Part shown: positions 29,494 through 39,330 of the stretch, piece by piece | How positions within the stretch are numbered: the stretch's first letter is position 1 | Layout: each line of letters opens with the position of its first letter | NCBI GenBank assembly: GCA_964518305.1 | Contig: CAZFDK010000009.1 | Coordinates: 13,754 to 77,753 of the forward strand | DNA length: 64,000 nucleotides | From: an uncultured Gemmatimonadota bacterium | GTDB taxonomy: Bacteria; Gemmatimonadota; Gemmatimonadetes; Palauibacterales; Palauibacteraceae | Direction: 5' to 3' | Position numbers and translations under genes: made by a program | The notes under the pieces: generated by a model | Databases searched by the model: none | What the model saw: the letters and a program-made list of their open reading frames with translations, nothing else | What the model was told of the DNA's origin: nothing

Positions 29494-32259
29494 TTGAGCG
29501 ACGAGCTCCCAGACCCCGAATTCGACCGGCCCACTCTCTTCCTGGTGGACGGCTACGCTCTCATGTACCGGGCGTTCTACGCCATGATCAGCCGGCCGCT
29601 GACCACTTCCAGCGGCGAGAACACCTCGGCCCCCTTCGGGCTCACCCGGTTCCTTCTCGACCTGCTGGAGGAGCACGACCCGGACTACCTCGGGGTGGTC
29701 TTCGACGCCGGACACAGTTTCCGGGAGGAGGTGCATCCGGAGTACAAGGCCACGCGACGGAAGATGCCGGAGGAGATGGAGGCGTCGATTCCGAGGTGCC
29801 GCGCGCTGGTCGAGGCGTTCAACATCCCGGTGCTGGAGGAGGAGGACTGGGAGGCCGACGACGTCATCGGCACACTGGCCGAGGAGGCCGAGGAGGAGGG
29901 GCTGCAGACGGTCATCATCTCCGGCGACAAGGACTTCTACCAGCTCGTCGGCCCCCATACCTGGCTGCTGAACCCGGGACGCGGCGGGGCGTCGCCGGTG
30001 CCGGAGGAGTGGGTGCGGCCGGAGAATGCCGAGGAGAAGCTCGGCGTGCCCCCGGGTCAGGTGACCGACTACCTGGCGCTCATCGGCGACAGCTCGGACA
30101 ACGTCCCGGGGGTCGCCGGCATCGGCGAGAAGACGGCGCCGAAGCTGCTGGACCGCTGGGGCTCCCTGGAGGAGGTCCTGGAGCACGAGGACGAAGTGGA
30201 GCTCACGCGGGCCCGGAACGCCCTCGAGGGCCACGAAGGGGACGCCCGCCTGTCGAAGCAGCTGGTCACGATCCGGCGGGACGCCCCGCTGGATCTGGAC
30301 CTGGAGTCGCTACGGCGGCAGGAGCCGGACTGGGAGCGCCTGCGGGAGCTGTTCCTGGAGCTCGAATTCCACAGCCTGGCCCGCGAGTACGTCCCGGACG
30401 ACGAGGGCGAGGGCCCGGCGGAGGGCGAGGAGGAGTACGACCTCGTCGGGACCGCCGCCCGCGTCGACGAGCTCGTTGACCGCTGGCGGGACGCGGAGCT
30501 CGTGGCGGTGGACACCGAGACCACGTCCACTGATGCCATGCGGGCGGAGCTGGTGGGCGTCTCGGTCGCCGACGAGGCCGGTCGCGCCTGGTATCTGCCG
30601 TTCGGCCACGTCTCCGGCGCCCAGGACGAGCTCTTCGAGAGCGTGGACGTGGAGGAGAACCTCCCGTCGATCACCGGCCCCGAGATGGAGGCGCTCCGGG
30701 ACTTCCTGGCCGACCCGGACGTCCCGAAGGTCGGCCACAACATCAAGTACGACCTGCTGGTCCTCGAGCGGGCCGGCGTGGAGCTGGCGGGCATCCGCTT
30801 CGACACCTCGGTGGCCGCCTACTGCGCCGATCCGGGGCGCAGGGAGTACGGCCTGGACGTACTCGTGATGGAGAAGCTGAAGCGGAAGCTCACACCCTAC
30901 GACGAGGTGGCGGGGAGCGGCTCCGACGAGGTCTCCTTCGCCGAGGTGCCGGTGGAGGAGGCGGTGGTCTACGCCTGCGAGGACGCCGACTTCACGCTGC
31001 GGCTGGCCGGCGTGCTGGCGGAGGAGCTCGAGCAGCACGAGCAGGAGGAGATCTTCGAGGATCTCGAGGTGCCGCTGATCCCCGTGCTGGCGGCCATGGA
31101 GCGGGCCGGGATCGGACTGGACGGGGAGGTCTTCGAAGAGCTGGAGGACCGCATCACCCGCGAGCTGGAGCTGGTCGAGGAGGAGATCGCCAAAGTGGCC
31201 GGCGAGCGGGTCAACCTCCGGTCGGTGCCCCAGCTCCGGGAGCTGCTCTTCGAGGATCTGGGGCTGCCCGTGAAGAAGCGGACGAAGACCGGGCCCTCCA
31301 CCGACGAGAGCGTCCTCACGGAGCTGGCCGAGGAGGGACACGAGGTCCCGCGTCTCATCCTGAACTACAGGGAGCTCGACAAGCTGAACTCCACGTACGT
31401 CTCCAAGCTCCCGGGAATGGTGAACCCGGATACGGGCCGTCTGCACACCAGCTTCAACCAGACCCGCGCTGCCACCGGCCGCCTCTCGTCCTCCGATCCG
31501 AACCTCCAGAACATCCCGATCCGGTCGGTGCTGGGACGCGAGGTGAGGAAGGGCTTCGTACCGGAGGAGGGGTGGCGCTTCCTGGCCGCCGACTATTCGC
31601 AGGTGGAGCTCCGGGTCCTGGCGCACCTGTCGGGAGACGAGTCGTTCGTCACCGCCTTCCGGGAGGGGCGGGACATCCACCGGGAGACGGCCGCCCGGAT
31701 TTTCGGCGTGGAGCCGGAGCAGGTGCAGGGCGGGATGCGCGAGCAGGCCAAGACCATCAACTACGCCACCATCTACGGCCAGGGGCCGGGAGCGCTCGGC
31801 CGGCAGCTGGGGATCTCCCGCTCCCGGGCCGAGGAGTTCATCGAGCAGTACTTCGAGCGCTTCTCCGGAGTGGCCGAGTACCTGGAGCGAATGAAGGAGA
31901 CCGCCCGCGACCGGGGCTTCGTGGAAACGCTCTCCGGCCGCCGGCGCTATATCCCGGAGATAAAGTCCCGGAACCCCGGCGTGCGCGGGTTCGGTGAGCG
32001 GACGGCCACGAATTCGCCCATCCAGGGGACGGCGGCGGACATGATCAAGATCGCCATGCTGCGCCTGCACGACCTGCTCCCGGCAGGCGTGCGGATGCTC
32101 CTCCAGGTGCACGACGAACTGGTCTTCGAGGTCCGCGAGGATCAGGTGGAGGAGGCCCGCGACCTCGTCCGGGAGGAGATGGAGGAGGCCATGGACCTGG
32201 ACGTGCCCCTGGAGGTGGAGATCGGCGTCGGCGAGAGCTGGTTCGCCGCCAAGCCCTAG
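29494..32259 (+). CDS. polA: DNA polymerase I
   Basis: LVDGYAL.YRAFYA 5'-exonuclease, EADDVIGT, GDSSDNVPGV, VDTET 3'-exonuclease, TGRLSSSDPNLQNIP, ADYSQVELR, LQVHDEL. Confidence 0.99.
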   Translation: MSDELPDPEFDRPTLFLVDGYALMYRAFYAMISRPLTTSSGENTSAPFGLTRFLLDLLEEHDPDYLGVVFDAGHSFREEVHPEYKATRRKMPEEMEASIPRCRALVEAFNIPVLEEEDWEADDVIGTLAEEAEEEGLQTVIISGDKDFYQLVGPHTWLLNPGRGGASPVPEEWVRPENAEEKLGVPPGQVTDYLALIGDSSDNVPGVAGIGEKTAPKLLDRWGSLEEVLEHEDEVELTRARNALEGHEGDARLSKQLVTIRRDAPLDLDLESLRRQEPDWERLRELFLELEFHSLAREYVPDDEGEGPAEGEEEYDLVGTAARVDELVDRWRDAELVAVDTETTSTDAMRAELVGVSVADEAGRAWYLPFGHVSGAQDELFESVDVEENLPSITGPEMEALRDFLADPDVPKVGHNIKYDLLVLERAGVELAGIRFDTSVAAYCADPGRREYGLDVLVMEKLKRKLTPYDEVAGSGSDEVSFAEVPVEEAVVYACEDADFTLRLAGVLAEELEQHEQEEIFEDLEVPLIPVLAAMERAGIGLDGEVFEELEDRITRELELVEEEIAKVAGERVNLRSVPQLRELLFEDLGLPVKKRTKTGPSTDESVLTELAEEGHEVPRLILNYRELDKLNSTYVSKLPGMVNPDTGRLHTSFNQTRAATGRLSSSDPNLQNIPIRSVLGREVRKGFVPEEGWRFLAADYSQVELRVLAHLSGDESFVTAFREGRDIHRETAARIFGVEPEQVQGGMREQAKTINYATIYGQGPGALGRQLGISRSRAEEFIEQYFERFSGVAEYLERMKETARDRGFVETLSGRRRYIPEIKSRNPGVRGFGERTATNSPIQGTAADMIKIAMLRLHDLLPAGVRMLLQVHDELVFEVREDQVEEARDLVREEMEEAMDLDVPLEVEIGVGESWFAAKP

Positions 32260-32439
32260 AATCGAAGAGTCGATCGAGAACCCCGTCCGGACGCCCCCCG
32301 GGGTCTTCCCGCGCCGACCGGGCCGAGGCGAGAGACCCGGCCGACGTCCGGCGAACGGAACTCCACCCGGCGGTAGGGAGTTTCACCATACTCCGATCGT
32401 GCTGATCTCCCACGGCGGGAGCGGGCGCGAGCCGCAACC

Positions 32440-32844
32440 ATGCCGAGGACGATGGACCCCCGACTCCTGAGAGCAGCTGTCAGCGCCCTCCTGGGCGCGA
32501 TCTTCCTCGCCGGGCTGGCCGGCGAGACGTACGGCGTCCACGACTGTCCCCATCATCACCGGGACGCTCGGGGCCCGGCGACGAGCCACGCTTCCGAGGC
32601 GGGCGGGGAGACGGCCGGCGGGGCCGGCCACCTCCCCCTCGAGGCTCCTCCCGACGGCCCGTGCACCTGCGTGGGCAACTGCCACGCGGCCGGCGTCGCG
32701 CTGAACGCGGCGGCGGCGCCGACCCTGCCGGCGGCGCTGGAGGCCGACCTGGCCGCGGGGTCGCTCGGCGACGACGGGCGCGTCCCGCGGCCCGCCGCCT
32801 ACCTCCTCCCCTTCGCCAACGCACCTCCCGTAATCCTGGTCTGA
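32440..32844 (+). CDS. Putative copper-sensing leader protein (DUF2946 / CruR / CutF-like)
   Basis: N-terminal hydrophobic helix, HDCPHHH, CTCVGNCH, C-terminal PFANAPP; first gene before a copper TonB receptor. Confidence 0.65.
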   Translation: MPRTMDPRLLRAAVSALLGAIFLAGLAGETYGVHDCPHHHRDARGPATSHASEAGGETAGGAGHLPLEAPPDGPCTCVGNCHAAGVALNAAAAPTLPAALEADLAAGSLGDDGRVPRPAAYLLPFANAPPVILV

Positions 32845-33039
32845 CGACCCGGGGCTCCTCCCGGGACGGGCGCCCCGACCGGGGCGCCGCAGCCGAATTC
32901 GCCACCGGACGACCGCACCGCCGCGCACCTCGCGGGCCCGGCCGATGCCTCCCGTGGAGGGGGGTGGGCCGCTCAGGCGCGGAACCGGACCCCACCAGGG
33001 CCGCCGGCGGTGGGGAGAATGCCGAAGGGAAGGTTCAGG

Positions 33040-35424
33040 ATGCCGAAGAACACCGATGTATCGGATCACGGAGTCGCGAGAAAGAGACGAGATACCGACA
33101 CCCGCCGGTTCGCAGCCGGCCGGGCGCTCATCGCGGCGGTCGCGGCGCTGCTCATGACCGGCGTCGGCCCCGCCGTCGCCCAGCAGGCAGCCGTCACCGG
33201 GCAGGTGGTGGCCGGCGATTCCGGGGAGCCGCTCCCCGGCGCCACCGTGCGCGTGGAGGACACGGAGCTCGGAGCCGTGGCCCGGGAGGAGGGGACGTTC
33301 CGGATCGGACCCGTCCCGGCCGGGGAGTATCGGGTGACGGTCTCGGCTCTCGGTTATCGGAACGCCACGCGGAAGATCGACGTGGAACGCGGCTCCCGAA
33401 TCGAGCTCCGGTTCGAGCTGGAGCCGCACCCCGTGGAGATGCAGGGCATCGAGGTCTCGGTGCTTCGCCCGGACCTGGAGCCGGAGGCTCGACTCCAGGC
33501 CGAAAAGATCCAGCTGGAGAACCCGAAGGACTCCGGCGAGCTGCTCCGGAGCCTCCCCGGCGTGAGCGGAGTCCGGCGCGGCCCGCTGGGCGTCGACCCG
33601 GCGGTCCGGGGACTGCGGGAGACCGAGGTGGGGACCTATCTGGACGGGACGAGGATGTTCCCGGCGGGCCCGGCACGCATGGATTCCCCCCTCACTCACC
33701 TGGATCCCAGCGCCATCAGCGACATCGAGGTGGTGAAGGGGCCGTACGCCCTGACGCTCGGGGCCGGGAACCTCAGCGCCGTCCGGGTCACGACCCAGAG
33801 CTTGCCCGCCCGGGGGCGCGAGGGCCTGCGGGGCCGGCTCTCCTCCGGCTACGACGCCAACCTGAACGCCGCCGAGACCACGGGACGACTCTCGGGTCGC
33901 AGGGGACGAATCTCGTATCGGGCGCTGGGCGCCTGGCGGCAGGGAAGCGATTACGAGTCCGGCGACGGGTCCCTGATCCCCGGCGATTACGAGTCCGCCG
34001 AGGGCCGCGGCAAGATCGGCGTGGACGTGAGCGAGAGCTCGAAGGTCGTCCTGGCAGGCGGCTACCAGGACCAGGGCCCCATCGATTATCCCGGGCGTCT
34101 CCTGAACGCCGAGCTCTTCCACACCCTGAACCTCAACGGTCGCTGGGAGCTGGACCGGAACGAGGGAGTCCTGCGGCAACTGGAGGTCATGGCATACGTG
34201 AACGACGTGCAGCACACCATGGACAACGGGGGCAAGCCCACGTCACGTCCCATGGAGGGGCGCATGCCGCCCTTCGCCCTGGACGTCCGGGTGGACGCCG
34301 GGGTGAACGTCTGGGGGGGACGCCTCAACTCCAGATGGGCGGCCGGTGAGGCCTGGCGGTTCGAGGCCGGTGGCGACGTGTACAGCGCCACGCGGAACGC
34401 CGTCCGCACGATCAGCCGCGACAGCGACGACACGCTCCTGTTCGAGGATCTGATGTGGCCCGATGCGACGATCGCCGACGCCGGGGGCTACGGTCGGGTG
34501 ACCCGGCGGTTCGGCGACCACGTGCGCCTGTCGGGGACGGCCCGCGTGGATCGCGTACGGGCGGAGGCGGATACCGCCAGCACCTTCTTCCGCCGGAACA
34601 CGACGGGATCGCTGGAGCAGGACGAGACGAACCTCAGCGGCGCCGTGACGTTCGGATACGACCTGAGCCGCTACTGGACGGTGAGTCTCGGTGCCGGTTC
34701 CGCCGTGCGGACGGCCGACGCCACCGAGCGGTACTCCGACAGGATCCCGGCGACCAAGGCACAGACCAGCGCCGAATTCATGGGGAACCCGGACCTGGAG
34801 CCGGAGCGCAGCAATCAGGCGGACCTGTGGATCGAGGCCAGCTACCCGCGGCTGGCCCTCCAGCTCAACGCCTTCGCCCGGCACATGGACGAGTACGTCA
34901 CGATCGGGGCCACGGATCTCCCGAAGCGGCTCCCGCTGAGCCCGGAGACCGTCTTCCGCTACGTGAACGGCGAGGCGGAGTTCTGGGGCTTCGAGGTGTC
35001 CGCCGACGCGGGGGTCACCGAGAGCCTCACGCTGAGCGCCGCGACGAACTACCTGCGGGGCCAGAATCTGACCCGGGACCGGCCGGTGATCGGGGTCGCC
35101 CCGATGCGCGGCAGCCTGGGGGCCCGGTTTGAACCGCCGCAGGGCCGCTTCTTCGTGCAGGGCAAGATGACGGGCGTCGCCGACCAGGACCGGGTGGCCC
35201 GGGAGCTGGGGGAGGGCGTCACCGACGGGTACGTGACTGCCGACCTCAAGGGTGGGGTCCGGATGTACGAGGGGCTGCGCCTGCGGCTCGGTGTGGAGAA
35301 CCTGGGCGACGAGCAGTACGTGAACCACCTGAACGCCGAGAACCCCTTCACGGGGAGCCGGATTCCGGAGCCGGGCCGCGTCTTCTTCGCGGACCTGAGC
35401 TGGGCGTTCGGGCCCGTGCGATGA
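33040..35424 (+). CDS. TonB-dependent receptor, OprC-like copper receptor with N-terminal CarboxypepD_reg-like domain (start 33019 or 33040)
   Basis: Signal peptide, GEPLPGATVRV, plug DPAVRG..PARMDSP..IEVVKGPY, HTMDN, GNPDLEPE, GVENL..Y.NHL, PEPGR. Confidence 0.88.
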   Translation: MPKNTDVSDHGVARKRRDTDTRRFAAGRALIAAVAALLMTGVGPAVAQQAAVTGQVVAGDSGEPLPGATVRVEDTELGAVAREEGTFRIGPVPAGEYRVTVSALGYRNATRKIDVERGSRIELRFELEPHPVEMQGIEVSVLRPDLEPEARLQAEKIQLENPKDSGELLRSLPGVSGVRRGPLGVDPAVRGLRETEVGTYLDGTRMFPAGPARMDSPLTHLDPSAISDIEVVKGPYALTLGAGNLSAVRVTTQSLPARGREGLRGRLSSGYDANLNAAETTGRLSGRRGRISYRALGAWRQGSDYESGDGSLIPGDYESAEGRGKIGVDVSESSKVVLAGGYQDQGPIDYPGRLLNAELFHTLNLNGRWELDRNEGVLRQLEVMAYVNDVQHTMDNGGKPTSRPMEGRMPPFALDVRVDAGVNVWGGRLNSRWAAGEAWRFEAGGDVYSATRNAVRTISRDSDDTLLFEDLMWPDATIADAGGYGRVTRRFGDHVRLSGTARVDRVRAEADTASTFFRRNTTGSLEQDETNLSGAVTFGYDLSRYWTVSLGAGSAVRTADATERYSDRIPATKAQTSAEFMGNPDLEPERSNQADLWIEASYPRLALQLNAFARHMDEYVTIGATDLPKRLPLSPETVFRYVNGEAEFWGFEVSADAGVTESLTLSAATNYLRGQNLTRDRPVIGVAPMRGSLGARFEPPQGRFFVQGKMTGVADQDRVARELGEGVTDGYVTADLKGGVRMYEGLRLRLGVENLGDEQYVNHLNAENPFTGSRIPEPGRVFFADLSWAFGPVR

Positions 35425-35506
35425 GAGCGGTCGACACCCTCCCGCCGTCTCGCGTGTACGGGAGGTCGCCGGACCTTCGAACCATGAACCCCGAAGGGCA
35501 TCAACG

Positions 35507-36274
35507 ATGAGACAGTGCGACGAGAACCCGGCCGCCGTGCGCCGCCGTGCGTGCGGCGGATCCCCGGGTGCCCGATCGGTGCTCCTCGCGGTCGGCGCGG
35601 TGCTCCTGGCGTCGGGCGCCGTGGCCTGCGGCGGAGACGGCGCCGGCCGCGGCGGCGTCTCCGCCTCCCCGAACAGCGGCCTGCACGGAGCCGTCCTTCC
35701 GGAGGCCCGACCCAAGGGCGACTTCACGCTCACGGCCACCGACGGCGAGCCCTACGACTTCCGGCGCGAGACCGACGGCGAGGTCGCGCTGCTCTTCTTC
35801 GGCTACACCCACTGCCCCAACGCCTGTCCGGTTCAGATGGCCACCCTGGGGGCCGCCTACGAGAAGCTTCCCATGGAGCTGCAGCAACGGGTCGAGGTGG
35901 TCTTCGTCTCCACCGATCCGGCCCGGGACTCCCTCCTCCGACTACGGAGCTGGCTGGACAACTTCAGCGAATCATTCGTCGGGCTCCGCGGGAGCCGTGA
36001 CGAGGTGAACCGAATCATGCAGAGCTACGGCCTCCCCCCGGCGCAGATCGACACAGCGGCCTCAGGGCCCGGCAGTCCCGGGGACGGGTACACGGTGGGG
36101 CACGCCGCCCACGTGCTCGTCTTCACCCCCGACGGCCGGCTGCGCCTGATGTACCCCACCGGTACGCGACAGAAGGCGTGGGTCGAGGACCTCCGCGAGC
36201 TGGCCCGCGAGGGCACGGCCGCCGTCACCGACGGCGGTGACGGGCGTTCGGGCTCCGCGCCGGGAGGGAGCTGA
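35507..36274 (+). CDS. SCO1/SenC copper chaperone (lipoprotein)
   Basis: AVAC lipobox, FFGYTHCPNACP (CxxxC), DPARD, YTVGH conserved His. Confidence 0.93.
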   Translation: MRQCDENPAAVRRRACGGSPGARSVLLAVGAVLLASGAVACGGDGAGRGGVSASPNSGLHGAVLPEARPKGDFTLTATDGEPYDFRRETDGEVALLFFGYTHCPNACPVQMATLGAAYEKLPMELQQRVEVVFVSTDPARDSLLRLRSWLDNFSESFVGLRGSRDEVNRIMQSYGLPPAQIDTAASGPGSPGDGYTVGHAAHVLVFTPDGRLRLMYPTGTRQKAWVEDLRELAREGTAAVTDGGDGRSGSAPGGS

Positions 36275-36277
36275 GCC

Positions 36278-37108
36278 GTGCAGTGGTGGTGCTCGGCCCA
36301 GTCGGGTTACTGGAGCTGGGCGTGGCAGCCCTACGCGGGTGTCTGGATCCTGGTGGCCGGCCTGGCGCTGGCCTACTGGCTCACGTGGCGCCGCCTCGGG
36401 CCGGAGGAGCGGGCGGGCGGGGAGCCCTTCTCCTTCGCCCTGGGCCTCTTCCTGCTCTGGGTGTCCCTGGACTGGCCGCTGGCCGCCCTGGGCGCCACCT
36501 ACCTGGCCACCGCCCACATGGTGCAGTACACGCTCGTCGCGATGGCGGCCGCGCCGCTCATGCTGCGGGGGATCCCGGACGTAGCCCTGCGTCGGGCCGT
36601 CGATGCGGGGGCGGCGGGGCGGCTCCTGGAGACGGCGACGCGCCCGGTCGCGGCGTTCCTGCTCTTCAACGTGGTGCTGGTCGGCACCCACTGGCCCGTG
36701 GTCCTCGACACGCTCATGGCCACCCAGCTCGGCTCCTTCGTCCTCGACGCCCTGTGGCTCGTGAGCGGCGTGCTCTTCTGGTGGCCCATCGTCTCGCCGG
36801 TCCCCGCTCGGCCGGGCTTCCGGGAGCTCTGGAAGCTCGCCTATCTCTTCCTGAACACCATCCCCGCCACCATCGTGGGCCTCATGCTGGTCTATGCCGA
36901 GTACCCGGCCTACGCCACCTACGAGCTGGCGCCCCCGGTCTTCGGGGCGCCCGCTCTGGCCGACCAGCAGGTGGCGGGTCTGGTGATGAAGTTCGGCGGC
37001 GGGCTCATCCTGTGGTCCGTCATGGGCGTCATTTTCTTCCGCTGGTACCGGGAGGAGTCGGAGGAGGCGGGCGCCGCCGTGCCCGCGGACGTCGGGGCGA
37101 GCAGCTGA
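36278..37108 (+). CDS. ctaG: Cytochrome c oxidase assembly factor CtaG (caa3-type)
   Basis: HMVQY, HWP, FWWP, DQQVAGLVMK motifs; multi-TM. Confidence 0.85.
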   Translation: MQWWCSAQSGYWSWAWQPYAGVWILVAGLALAYWLTWRRLGPEERAGGEPFSFALGLFLLWVSLDWPLAALGATYLATAHMVQYTLVAMAAAPLMLRGIPDVALRRAVDAGAAGRLLETATRPVAAFLLFNVVLVGTHWPVVLDTLMATQLGSFVLDALWLVSGVLFWWPIVSPVPARPGFRELWKLAYLFLNTIPATIVGLMLVYAEYPAYATYELAPPVFGAPALADQQVAGLVMKFGGGLILWSVMGVIFFRWYREESEEAGAAVPADVGASS

Positions 37109-37151
37109 GCGGACGGGAATCCCGTCGGCGGAGCTGAAGCGGCCCGGGGCG

Positions 37152-39311
37152 TCAGAGTAGGTGCCAGAACTCCGGATCCACCGACACGTTCAGACTCCAC
37201 TGTCCGTCGCGGAGGCCCCGGTCCACGTTCACCCGAAGCAGGTCCCAGAGGAGCCCCAGGCCGGCGCCGACCGAGGGCCGGATGCCGTCGCTCTCACTGA
37301 TGCCCAGCCGGCGGGCGGCCCGCCGCCCCGGCCCGTCGATTCCGGCCCAACCGGCGGAGGCGCGGACCCGGGCCCGCAGCCACGGCGGCACCAGGTCGAT
37401 GGCGGCACCGAGCTGGCCGAGCAGGATCCGGTCGCCGCCCCAGGGACGGAAGCGGTACCCGGGCACGGTGCCACGGCCGCCGAGGAGGAAGAGGCGCTGG
37501 GCGGGGAGGTCGCCGCCGGATGCTCCGGCGGCCAGGCGGAGGTCCCACGCCACGGGCTGATCCGTCGGCGAGGGGCTCCGGCCCTCCACCCGCAGCAGGG
37601 CCCGGCTGTAGCCGAAGTCGCCGGCCTCGCCGCTGGCTCCCTCTCCCGACAGGTTCGCCCGCCAGCCGGCGCCCAGGAGGCGACCGAGGGGCGCCTCGAG
37701 CCTGGCGTCCAGCCGGACGCTCGTTCCCTCCCGGACGGGGCGGATCGGCGGGAGCTCCGACCCCGACTGGGGCCCCGGGACCTCCCCGGCGGCGGTGTGC
37801 TCCTCCCAGGCTGCGCCGAGGCGAAGAATCCCGCCGCCGACGCGGAAGCGCCAGGCCGCCTCGAGGCCGGAGCGAAACCACGGATCCCGGTAGTCGCCGT
37901 TCCCGGCCAGGGCCGAGATGGAGCCCGTCACCCCGGAGGACGCGGTGAAGGGGCCGATGTCGGAGAGGCAGCGGAGACAGCCTTCCAGGACCGGCCCGCT
38001 CCGGCCTTCGCCGCCCACGGCGACTCGGGCCTCCGGCCGTTCCGCTCCGAACGGATAGCCGGCCCAGGCCGAAGCCTCCCAGCCAGCACCCCGGTGGCGG
38101 ACGCCGGCTCCGATCAGCACGCCCTCACCGCGGCGTACCCGGAGGGCGTGTGAGGCGTCGGTGAGGTACAGCCTGGATGGGGCGAGCCCCGACAGGGTCC
38201 TCCGCCCCACCAGGCGACGGGCGCGCTCGCGAACCTCCTCCAGGTTCACCTCACCGGTGGCCGGCTGCGTCGGCCCACCGACCGGGCCCTCGAAGAGCCC
38301 GCGATCCCAGCCCTCGTACCGTGCCAGGACGGAGTCCGGCAGGCTCACCAGCCGCTCCCCGGGCGTCACCTCCACCGGCTCCCCGGGGTTGAGCCGGTAG
38401 CCGGTGACCCGAAAGCGGGTCCGGATCGTCCCGCCGGCCGGCACGTCCAGCCAGGTGGCCTGCCGGTGGACCTCGGTGGTCTGGCGCACGGGCAGCCAGT
38501 ATTCGCCGTCGATGAGGCCCGACTCCAGGTCGACGGAGATGTGCTCGAGCTGGGGGTCGCGGTAGGAGGAGGGAGTGAAGGTCACGGAGAGGCGGGCCAC
38601 GGCGGGCTCGTCTCCGTCCACGAAGATCTCGCCCACCACTGCCGGACGGTCCGCGTCCCGGGGGCGCACCTGGAGGCGGTAGAGGCGCCGGCGCTCGCCG
38701 GCGAGCCCGACCTCGAGGGAGTCCTCCAGCCGATACTCGTAGACCGGGAGTCCGCGCGGAGAGGTCGGGTGAGGGACGTTCCGCAGTTCGGTGCCGCGGC
38801 CCATGGAGATGGTGCTGTCGAAGTTCTCCAGGAGCACCCGCAGGTGGTCGGCGTGGTAACGGATTTCGGTGGGCAGGAGGTTCTCCGACCGCCGCCCCAC
38901 GACGGTCTGCCGCGAGTATCCGGGATGCCGCCAGGCGATCCGGAGCGCCACCTGATCGGCTCGGACGAGGCGCGTGCCGCCCGGTGTACCGAGGAGGGAG
39001 GCCGCCGGCCCCGGGTCGAAGAGAAAGTAGGTGTGGCCCTCGGCCCGGGCCCGGAAGGCGCGCAGGGTCGTGTCGCCGTAGGGGTGTCGACGCCGCGCCT
39101 GCGCGACCCTGCGGACGAGCTCCCGCGCCCGGGGACCATCCCAGTCGCCGGCTTTCCCGGCGGCGGGCACCGTGTCGGCCACGGTCTGCTGCGGAGTCGG
39201 CGCGCCAGCGGGCGAGGGCTCGGCCAGGGCGTCCGGTGCGCCGAGAAGTGCCGTCAGCGCCGCGACGAGGAACGCGCGGGGGAGAGGCGCATCCGGCGCC
39301 GGAGCGCTCAC
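37152..39311 (-). CDS. Outer-membrane beta-barrel protein (BamA/TamA- or DUF5686-like), function unknown
   Basis: Signal-like N-terminus, C-terminal LGGRGTVPGY and SVGAGLG..DLLRV amphipathic strands. Confidence 0.6.
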   Translation of the reverse strand: MSAPAPDAPLPRAFLVAALTALLGAPDALAEPSPAGAPTPQQTVADTVPAAGKAGDWDGPRARELVRRVAQARRRHPYGDTTLRAFRARAEGHTYFLFDPGPAASLLGTPGGTRLVRADQVALRIAWRHPGYSRQTVVGRRSENLLPTEIRYHADHLRVLLENFDSTISMGRGTELRNVPHPTSPRGLPVYEYRLEDSLEVGLAGERRRLYRLQVRPRDADRPAVVGEIFVDGDEPAVARLSVTFTPSSYRDPQLEHISVDLESGLIDGEYWLPVRQTTEVHRQATWLDVPAGGTIRTRFRVTGYRLNPGEPVEVTPGERLVSLPDSVLARYEGWDRGLFEGPVGGPTQPATGEVNLEEVRERARRLVGRRTLSGLAPSRLYLTDASHALRVRRGEGVLIGAGVRHRGAGWEASAWAGYPFGAERPEARVAVGGEGRSGPVLEGCLRCLSDIGPFTASSGVTGSISALAGNGDYRDPWFRSGLEAAWRFRVGGGILRLGAAWEEHTAAGEVPGPQSGSELPPIRPVREGTSVRLDARLEAPLGRLLGAGWRANLSGEGASGEAGDFGYSRALLRVEGRSPSPTDQPVAWDLRLAAGASGGDLPAQRLFLLGGRGTVPGYRFRPWGGDRILLGQLGAAIDLVPPWLRARVRASAGWAGIDGPGRRAARRLGISESDGIRPSVGAGLGLLWDLLRVNVDRGLRDGQWSLNVSVDPEFWHLL

Positions 39312-39330
39312 GGGCGGAGACTGTGCGCGG

